From: Gemmatimonadota bacterium
GTDB lineage: Bacteria; Gemmatimonadota; Gemmatimonadetes; Gemmatimonadales; GWC2-71-9
DNA length: 64,000 nt
Assembly: GCA_003169895.1 (NCBI GenBank)
Contig: PNAE01000007.1
Coordinates: forward strand, 1,426,880-1,490,879
Reading direction: 5' to 3'
Every line of letters begins with the position of its first letter. Position 1 is the first letter of the stretch. The notes beneath the pieces were generated by a model. The model was not told the origin of the DNA. It searched no databases and was given only the letters and a program-made list of their open reading frames with translations. The position numbers and the translations under genes are program-made. Positions 9,089 through 15,546 of the stretch are shown here, in pieces.

Positions 9089-10438
9089 CTAGCTTGCCGT
9101 CTTCGGACGTGCCCAATTGCAATAGCGATGAGTAAGCCGAGCGTTGTCAGGCACCGTTGCTCCCCCAAGCCAGTACATCTTGACGTGGTCCACCGCCGCA
9201 TCGTCGATTTCAGCAATGTGCTGGTCGCAGAGAGAGCAGGTCGGGTTGTTATCGAACAATCGCTGCTTCAATTCTCTCGAGAAACAGCGCGGCTGATTCG
9301 TCGTTGACTGAAGCACCGACTCAAGTGCGGTTCTCCACCGATCAAAGCGAAGCTGTATGGACTTGATTGAGCTCGTCGACAGCTCGATCGCCTCAATGAA
9401 CTCTTGATCGTCGGTCATAATGGAGAGTAGCGCCTCCCGAATCGAATCGAGGCACGCCATGACCCGGTTCTTATCAACCCGCGCCATGGACCACATCAAC
9501 ACGTCGTAGATTGAAGCGTTGAACTTCTTTGCCTCCCAACGACCGTTCGGCGATTTTCCGTCTCCTCGGTAGAACCTCTTGAACGCGTTCTTACCAAGAA
9601 GAGAACGGACAAGTGCGACGGCGTTCTTGAACGCTTTGGCAAGCTCGGTCGCGTCCTGAGGCGATATCTCTTGGTACCGCTTCATATCTTCATTCATGAA
9701 GCGCTCCATCGACGGCCGGTAGTTCAAATAGCTCGCATGATAGAACGCTGAAAAGCGTAAGACGTACTCAACGTCTTTCATGCGTTTCTCGGGGCCCTTG
9801 AAGCCCATGCTTGCCATGTAGTCTGGGTCGCGCGACAATTCGTGAAGGAGGTCGTTGTACGGGCCGCGGTAGATGCAGTTGCGCAGTTCTTGTGCGTTCA
9901 GCGGCATTGCCCCAGTATTCAGCCGTTCGAAGATCTGAAAGCGGAGGCTTTCGTCCGACTCCTTCTTGAAAACGATAGTCCGAACAGAGCAGTTCCGGAG
10001 CTGCTTCTGGTAGTTCTCATCCAAATCCTGATACGTCTTCCCATTCAGAGTGCGCCATTCCTTCAATCCCTTTAGGGCAAACCCATTGTCAAGATACCTG
10101 AAGAAGGCGTTCAATCTCTGTTGCCCGTCGATGACCTCTTCGGTCCCATCCTGGTTTTCAGCGAGATAGAAGATTGGCAGCGGTACTTCGAGCAACGCAG
10201 ACTCGATTAGCCGACTTGAACGAGCATCATCCCATACCTTGCGGCGTTGAAATGTCGGATTGAGCACCAAATCGCCTGACTTGAAGCTCTGATGGAGCCC
10301 ACTGACCTTGGGATCCAGCTTGTCGGTGAAGATTCGACGGCGACCGTCATCCGCCCCGGGGGATTCGTCATCCACATCGGCATCCACCTCATCCTCAAAA
10401 AGCTCTTCAAGATCTTGAAAGTCATCATGGTTCTTCAC
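9089..10438 (-). CDS. DUF262 (ParB/GmrSD-type DGQQR NTPase) - HNH endonuclease fusion; putative type IV (modification-dependent) restriction enzyme
   Basis: The N-terminal part has the DUF262 hallmark EVIDGQQRLNAFFRYL. The C-terminal part is an HNH/His-Me finger with a Zn site: CSLCDQHI...DHVKMYWLGGATVPDNARLTHRYCNWARP. GTG start at 10438. Lower-GC codon usage (K/N/I/F/Y rich). Confidence 0.85.
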   Translation of the reverse strand: MKNHDDFQDLEELFEDEVDADVDDESPGADDGRRRIFTDKLDPKVSGLHQSFKSGDLVLNPTFQRRKVWDDARSSRLIESALLEVPLPIFYLAENQDGTEEVIDGQQRLNAFFRYLDNGFALKGLKEWRTLNGKTYQDLDENYQKQLRNCSVRTIVFKKESDESLRFQIFERLNTGAMPLNAQELRNCIYRGPYNDLLHELSRDPDYMASMGFKGPEKRMKDVEYVLRFSAFYHASYLNYRPSMERFMNEDMKRYQEISPQDATELAKAFKNAVALVRSLLGKNAFKRFYRGDGKSPNGRWEAKKFNASIYDVLMWSMARVDKNRVMACLDSIREALLSIMTDDQEFIEAIELSTSSIKSIQLRFDRWRTALESVLQSTTNQPRCFSRELKQRLFDNNPTCSLCDQHIAEIDDAAVDHVKMYWLGGATVPDNARLTHRYCNWARPKTAS

Positions 10439-10483
10439 GTCTAACGCCCCTTTCTTGCAGCTGCCGGACCACGATCAGGCTAA

Positions 10484-10580
10484 CTCACAACTATACCACG
10501 AAGTTGCAACGTCGGCCGTTGAACTAGCGCGCTCATCACGAACAAGGCCGCTTGCGCGCGAACCCGGGCAACCGAGCCTC
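10484..10580 (-). promoter_or_regulatory. repeated promoter-like element, copy 2
   Basis: The minus strand reads GAGGCTCGGTTGCCCGGGTTCGCGCGCAAGCGGCCTTGTT-N37-CTTCGTGGTATAGTTGTGAGTTAG (TGgTATAGT is an extended -10 type). It ends about 45 nt upstream of the DUF262-HNH start. The spacing between the two blocks matches copy 1 (38 vs 37 nt). Confidence 0.55.
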
Positions 10581-10816
10581 AAGCCCAACCCAGCGTGAGG
10601 GCCGGAAGCGCCGACAACGTGTTACCTATGTTCCCGGCTTACTTCGTCACCGATCTGCCCCGATTGTTCACCGAGTCACGAGCGGCGCGAAGGCGCTCAA
10701 GTTCAGCGCGGCCGCCAGCAGCAAATGCTTGTTAGGCTGCCACTTCTCAATCATGGTGGCGCTTCTCCATTTCTTCAGGGAACGGGCATGTCGCGAATAC
10801 TGCCAAGCGTATCGCA

Positions 10817-11524
10817 TCACCCGTTGCCCATCGATTTCTCCCACTCAAAGTACGGATTTCTGTGGCCTGCGACGACCATGTTCACGAATATGCTGTGGTT
10901 GAGGGCATCCATGGGCCCAGGCAAGAGGCTTCCCAGGCCAAGCATGCTTCGGACCTGGTCCTCCTCCCAAATGAGCATTGACGTGATGAACGGCCGCAAC
11001 CAGTCTTTGTCGTTGTCGAGATCGTCGAATTCAATACGCACACAATTGAAGCCATTTAGGTAGTAGAGAAGGACCAGGCATCGTGAGTTGCAAAACGAGA
11101 TTAGTTCATCGCTGGATAGGTCGGGATGTTTCCACTTGAACTCCCGAAGCCCACCATGGTGCTCGACCATCTTATCGATGTGCCGGTATAACACACCTGA
11201 AATGTACGGGGAGTCAGAATAATAGGCGTTGCGCTTCTCCTCCTCAGTCAGACAGAGCACCTGGTAACCAGTGTATTCAATCACGTACGAGGCGAGGAGT
11301 TCGCGCATCGCGAGGAATGGGTTTTCTGCTAGCGACAAACCTCCGACGGCGTTGTAGAAATCGCGTACGATCTTGTCCTTGGTCTCGGTGGTGAGGTTGG
11401 CGAGACGCGGGTACTGCGTAAAGTACTCTTGCGTATGCGCTGCGAGTGCCTTTCCAATTGTAGAGGCCTTCCAGAGGCGAATGGCTTGCTTCTCTTTCAA
11501 ACGATTGAGGAATGCCCGGATCAT
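10817..11524 (-). CDS. hypothetical protein (235 aa), partner of the upstream protease
   Basis: ORF 85 nt downstream of the protease gene on the same strand, in a low-GC, K/N/Y/F-rich region. No signal peptide and no recognisable catalytic motif. Confidence 0.6.
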   Translation of the reverse strand: MIRAFLNRLKEKQAIRLWKASTIGKALAAHTQEYFTQYPRLANLTTETKDKIVRDFYNAVGGLSLAENPFLAMRELLASYVIEYTGYQVLCLTEEEKRNAYYSDSPYISGVLYRHIDKMVEHHGGLREFKWKHPDLSSDELISFCNSRCLVLLYYLNGFNCVRIEFDDLDNDKDWLRPFITSMLIWEEDQVRSMLGLGSLLPGPMDALNHSIFVNMVVAGHRNPYFEWEKSMGNG

Positions 11525-11608
11525 TGCCTCTACCTCTGTTTGCGTTTACAGCCCTGAGATTCCGCTGCCGCGCCGGCACGCTCGCCCTCGGTCGGCAGTA
11601 AGCGCTTG

Positions 11609-12343
11609 TCAGACTGCGCCTGAAATGATGTCAGAATGTATCCGTCTGATGATCGCGTAGATTCGCGAAGAATCAATGAAATGACAGATCTCCCCTCCTG
11701 CCTCCACGATCATTCCAACAAATCCGAAGGAAGGTGGATTGAATGCGTAGACCGGAGAACCACTGATACCGGCCCAGGACGCGAGATCGGCTCGCGGCTT
11801 CAAAGCAGCTCGATGGAGATACTTCCGCTGCGCATCCGGCGCCAGGTACTCAAGATTAAGCGTGAGTGTCTTGGCCGATATCTGACGAACGTCATAGTCT
11901 ATCGCACAGGTCTCACCCGGACACGCAGCTGCCTCGAGGGATGCTCCGGCGGCTAACGCCGACCCTCCGCGTCCGACCACCATATCGCCGAGAGGCAGCG
12001 AGTGCTCTCGTAGTCGCGGGGCATCCGCTTCCGCCTTAGACAGGTCGAACGGAAAGACGGCAACATCGTCGGCATCAATTCCAGATTTCGGAACCATCAT
12101 GCTCGTCAGAGGTAGTCCAATGTTGCTATCGTGTGGAAGGATCAAAAAGTCAGTGGGATTGAGATTACGCACTACGTGTGCAGCTGTAATGAATGCACCC
12201 ATGTTCTCGTAAATGGCAATAAAGCCAGCTCCTCCGAGGAAGTATGGGTAGGGCGAATCCGGTGCTTCCACGATAAGCGGACGAGTAGCATCGAATAAGG
12301 TGGCAGTGTTCAGCGGTTCCTCCGGTTCGCACCTAACTCGCAA
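11609..12343 (-). CDS. cytoplasmic trypsin-like (S1/chymotrypsin-fold) serine protease
   Basis: The catalytic triad context is readable: FITAAHVV (His), DADDVAVFPF (Asp), WAGISGSPVY (GxSGxP Ser). No signal peptide. The TTG at 12343 lies inside the conserved TATAATTGCGAG element, so the real start is probably downstream. Candidates are the in-frame CTG at 12313, 5 nt after GGAGG, or the GTG at 12271. Confidence 0.7.
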   Translation of the reverse strand: MRVRCEPEEPLNTATLFDATRPLIVEAPDSPYPYFLGGAGFIAIYENMGAFITAAHVVRNLNPTDFLILPHDSNIGLPLTSMMVPKSGIDADDVAVFPFDLSKAEADAPRLREHSLPLGDMVVGRGGSALAAGASLEAAACPGETCAIDYDVRQISAKTLTLNLEYLAPDAQRKYLHRAALKPRADLASWAGISGSPVYAFNPPSFGFVGMIVEAGGEICHFIDSSRIYAIIRRIHSDIISGAV

Positions 12344-12355
12344 TTATACCGCGAA
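12337..12355 (-). promoter_or_regulatory. repeated promoter-like element, copy 3 (core only)
   Basis: The minus strand reads CTTCGCGGTATAATTGCGAGTTAG, matching copies 1 and 2. It is followed about 20 nt later by GGAGGA and the protease ORF. Upstream similarity to copy 1 (CGGACG...CTCA) continues weakly to about 12470. Confidence 0.5.
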
Positions 12356-12470
12356 GTGGCGGGTTCGGATGTTGAGCCTGAGCGAGTCGTCCGAGACATG
12401 ACTGCCGGGGACCTCGTTCGAGATCGACTTGAGGTCCGACGGTGCGGCCAACTTCACCTCACGTTAAGCG

Positions 12471-12583
12471 GCATGAGGTCGTGAATTCGAGTGGAGTGGC
12501 CAAAGGTGTCCAATTAGGCGTGAGGTCAAATCGACCTCGACTACCGAAAAGGCGTGAGGTTTGGAGTGGCCAATAGAGTGGCC
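12471..12583 (+). repeat. degenerate tandem fragments related to the tRNA-Ile 3' half (GCRTGAGGT and GAGTGGCC motifs)
   Basis: GCATGAGGTC at 12471, GCGTGAGGTC at 12518 and GCGTGAGGT at 12552 precede the well-preserved copy at 12700. GAGTGGCC occurs at 12494, 12564 and 12576, and again at 30541 next to the second tRNA remnant. Confidence 0.5.
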
Positions 12584-12692
12584 AAATAGCCCGCGAGGGT
12601 CCGATCTCACGAAAAAGCGATCCGGGCGGATCACGCGAACTGTCAATGAGTTAGCGGTTTTTTCGCGGGATGCGGACCCCCCGTTTTACGAG

Positions 12693-12734
12693 CTGATAAG
12701 CGTGAGGTCGGAGGTTCAACTCCTCCCAGGCCCA
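12693..12734 (+). pseudogene. tRNA-Ile(GAU) 3'-half remnant (anticodon loop to discriminator), att-like
   Basis: The sequence CTGATAAGCGTGAGGTCGGAGGTTCAACTCCTCCCAGGCCCA parses as anticodon loop CU-GAU-AA, 3' anticodon stem, AGGTC variable loop, T-arm GGAGG/TTCAACT/CCTCC, and acceptor CAGGCCC+A. It closely resembles the E. coli tRNA-Ile 3' half. No matching 5' half (GGGCCTG...) lies upstream. Confidence 0.7.
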
Positions 12735-12748
12735 CTGATCGAAAGCAT

Positions 12749-12791
12749 AAGTCCCGCATCGCGTTACCGACTGTGCGGGACTTCGCTTTTT
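12749..12791. terminator. intrinsic-terminator-like hairpin (bidirectional)
   Basis: AAGTCCCGCA-N15-TGCGGGACTT forms a 10-bp stem followed by CGCTTTTTC on the plus strand. The minus strand has TTATGCTTTC after the stem. It lies 15 nt after the tRNA remnant and about 80 nt after the stop of the minus-strand kinase (12868). Confidence 0.55.
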
Positions 12792-12867
12792 CATCGATTC
12801 TGTGCTGGAGTGTCTCGGCGCCTGCGGTCAACCGCGGCGGCTGAGGCCGACCCTACCTGCGGGGCGA

Positions 12868-15537
12868 TCATGGCCGTGTCGCCGCCGGCGCGGTCGAGTC
12901 GGCGTGCTGGAAGATCATCGGCCAGTGCTGGAGGTAGGCCACCGCGAGGCCGGTCGAAGACTGACGCAGAAGATATCGCTCGCCGTCGCCGCCGACGGCG
13001 AAACCGGTGCCGTTATCGTCAAAGGTGGAGCGCCGCCACGTTGGTACCGAAAACAGAGTGCGCGGCGTCCCGGGAGGCGCGCCCGCAGCAGCGATGTCCG
13101 CCACCTGCACGCGGCCGTCAGGCGTGAGGTATGTCAGTTGCCGACCACCATGCGTCCAGGCGGGCCAGCGACCGCCCTCAAGCGAAACCCGCAACGGTGG
13201 ACCGGAAGGCAGCGGCTGTACGTACACCTCATACCGGTCGGTTTCGTCGGACGTGTACGCGACGGAGTGGCCATCAGGGGAAAAGCGCCCATCCGACACT
13301 CGTCCCGGACGGATGATCGATTGCGTCTCGGCGCTACCATCCACCGGGATGATGCGGAGCGTACTGTCCTGTCGCACGAGCAGGAAACGACCGTCTGGCG
13401 ACCAGTCGAGTGGGAACCGGCATTCGCTGTTGCTGGAAAGCGTCGAGATTTCCTTGCCGACGACCCGCTCGACGCTCGTGCGGAGATCGCGATCCACGAT
13501 GCGACAACGATTGCCCCCGCGCATGGCGTAGACGAGGTGCGTGCCGTTGCCGTTGAAGGCCGGATGAGTGGTACCGAATGCGAAACCGGTCGTCGGAAAG
13601 GTGCTGTCCTGCACCAGGACCCGGGTGCCGCGGTTGGCATCGAGATCGTAGAGCCAGATGCCGGCGGTGTTGCCGGCGACAGCTACCATGGCCGGGCCGC
13701 CTCGCGCGGGTCGGACGCTCATAGTCCAGGCGCCATCTACCCGTACGGTGTCCCGGAGCAGCCCGCTGGCATCGTAGACGAGATACGGCCGGTCCTGCCC
13801 GCCGGGGAGGAATGCCAGCACGCCGTTCGACGACACCGCGAAGGTATGGATGCCCGCCTGGGCCCGGACGTCATTGGCGGCCCGGACTACCGGCCCTTCA
13901 AGTGCCAGTGAATTCAGGTTCAGTCGCTGTGCATCAAGGGCGCGCACGTCATTCTGGCTCGCCTTGAGCAGGTAGCCCGGGGCGACGACCGAGAATTCAA
14001 CCGTCCGGACCGGGAGCGTCGCGACGGTCTTCCCGTCAAGACTTGCCGCGATCATGTCGGTGAATTGGCCACGGGCAATCAGCATCCGTTTTCCGTCGGG
14101 AAGAAAGAGTCCCTTGAGCGACGGGCCGGAGCCGCGAGGAACCACGACCTTGCACGTTCCGCCGTCCGCTGGCACCGTCGAAATGCCGTCGCGATGCCCG
14201 AAGAGGATCAGCCCCAACTTGCTCCACGAACCTCCGGTTGCGTCGGCTACTGGGCAAAGCCTCCGCACCTGTCCGTTCGGCTCCGCCACCAGGAGAAACC
14301 CGCCGGCGAAAAATCCCAGCGATCGCCCATCGGGCGACCAGAATGGTGCGTTGGCGCCGTTCGAGCCATTCACGGGCTCGGCGTCCAGGCGATCAACGCC
14401 GCGCACCCAGAGGTTCCGCGACCCGTCCGCTGCGGCAAACACGAATGCGAGGCGACGACCATCCGGCGATAGCGCCAGCGACCGTTGCTCCCCGAAGCTG
14501 CCGCCAGCCGGGGCAAGGATCGACGTGGCCGTGAGTGCTCCGCTGCTCGCTTGACCCGTTCGCCACGGCCGCGCGGCCAGAATGCCGACGACCGCACCGC
14601 CGAGGGCGAGCGCCACGGCGGCAGCGATGACGAGTGGCCGGTTCCTCTTTCGCGTCCCATTGCTCGACGACCCTGTGCTCCGGCGTACGTGCATCTTGAC
14701 TGCGGGCGCGCCACCTTCGCGCAGTGCCGCGCCGAAGTCGGCGGCGGTTGCGAATCGATCTGCCGGCAACTTCTCGAGCGCGTGCAGCACCGCCGCCTCG
14801 ACGTGCTCGGGGACGGCCTTCCGTTGGGCCACGATCCCCCGGGGGTCCTCCGTGATCAGGCGCGCGACGATCGCCTGGACGCTCGGTCCCGTGAATGGTG
14901 GTTCGCCCACGAGCATTTCGTAGGTCACCGCACCGAGCGAGTAGATGTCGCTTCGTGCGTCGATGGCGCGCTCGCCCATGGCCTGTTCGGGGGACATGTA
15001 TTGTGGCGTGCCAAGCGAGAGTCCAGTCTGGGTCATCCGCTGTCCGCCGGCGGTCTGCACCGCGAGCGCGATGCCGAAATCGGCGACCAGTGCGTGGCCA
15101 TCCTGCAGCAGGATGTTCTCCGGCTTGATATCACGGTGAATCACGGCGCGCCCGTGCGCGTAGCTCAGTGCGTCCGCGACTTCCCGCGCAATGCGCATGG
15201 CGTCATCCACCGGTAGCTGGCGCTCGCGTTCGAGGCGAGTGCGCAGTGTTTCGCCGGTGACGAGCGGCATCACGTAGTACAGCAGTCCTTCGGCTTCGCC
15301 GCTGTCAAGCAGCGGCAGGATGTGCGGGTGCTGCAGCGCCGCCGTGGTCGTGATCTCCTGCACGAAGCGATCGGCACCGAGCACGGCAGCCAGTTCGGGC
15401 TTCAGGACCTTGATGGCGACCTTGCGCTTGTGCTTGAGGTCCTCGGCGAGATACACCGTCGCCATGCCGCCCTGGCCCAGTTCGCGGTCGATGCGGTAAC
15501 GGTCGGAAAGGGCCTCCCGAAGGCCGTCACGGCTCAT
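12868..15537 (-). CDS. Ser/Thr protein kinase with TM segment and C-terminal PD40/TolB-like beta-propeller repeats
   Basis: Hanks motifs GQGGMATVYLA, VAIKVL, HRDIKPENILL, DFGIA, YMSPEQ. A TM helix follows (LVIAAAVALALGGAVVGILAA), then repeated WSPDG-type blades (FWSPDGRSL, DWSPDGRFL, RFSPDGHSV). Confidence 0.9.
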   Translation of the reverse strand: MSRDGLREALSDRYRIDRELGQGGMATVYLAEDLKHKRKVAIKVLKPELAAVLGADRFVQEITTTAALQHPHILPLLDSGEAEGLLYYVMPLVTGETLRTRLERERQLPVDDAMRIAREVADALSYAHGRAVIHRDIKPENILLQDGHALVADFGIALAVQTAGGQRMTQTGLSLGTPQYMSPEQAMGERAIDARSDIYSLGAVTYEMLVGEPPFTGPSVQAIVARLITEDPRGIVAQRKAVPEHVEAAVLHALEKLPADRFATAADFGAALREGGAPAVKMHVRRSTGSSSNGTRKRNRPLVIAAAVALALGGAVVGILAARPWRTGQASSGALTATSILAPAGGSFGEQRSLALSPDGRRLAFVFAAADGSRNLWVRGVDRLDAEPVNGSNGANAPFWSPDGRSLGFFAGGFLLVAEPNGQVRRLCPVADATGGSWSKLGLILFGHRDGISTVPADGGTCKVVVPRGSGPSLKGLFLPDGKRMLIARGQFTDMIAASLDGKTVATLPVRTVEFSVVAPGYLLKASQNDVRALDAQRLNLNSLALEGPVVRAANDVRAQAGIHTFAVSSNGVLAFLPGGQDRPYLVYDASGLLRDTVRVDGAWTMSVRPARGGPAMVAVAGNTAGIWLYDLDANRGTRVLVQDSTFPTTGFAFGTTHPAFNGNGTHLVYAMRGGNRCRIVDRDLRTSVERVVGKEISTLSSNSECRFPLDWSPDGRFLLVRQDSTLRIIPVDGSAETQSIIRPGRVSDGRFSPDGHSVAYTSDETDRYEVYVQPLPSGPPLRVSLEGGRWPAWTHGGRQLTYLTPDGRVQVADIAAAGAPPGTPRTLFSVPTWRRSTFDDNGTGFAVGGDGERYLLRQSSTGLAVAYLQHWPMIFQHADSTAPAATRP

Positions 15538-15546
15538 GGGTATGCC

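Noticed and set aside
8916-12470. The idea that the repeated inter-module elements are integron attC sites, since the cassettes are all co-oriented with a repeat between each.
   Set aside because: There is no R''/L''...L'/R' pair of inverted repeats. CTTAGGC and CAGTAAC lie in the wrong order and are only 25 nt apart. There is no intI gene. The elements lie 20-45 nt upstream of the ORFs and contain a near-consensus -10 box, so a promoter/operator reading fits better.
12561-13127. A 188-aa plus-strand ORF spanning the tRNA-remnant region and the 3' end of the kinase. A similar ORF at 30410-30640 translates the second remnant (both contain ISVRSEVQLLPGP).
   Set aside because: The shared peptide is simply the translation of the conserved tRNA-derived 42-mer. 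The rest is antisense to the kinase or is repeat DNA. There is no SD and no coding signature.
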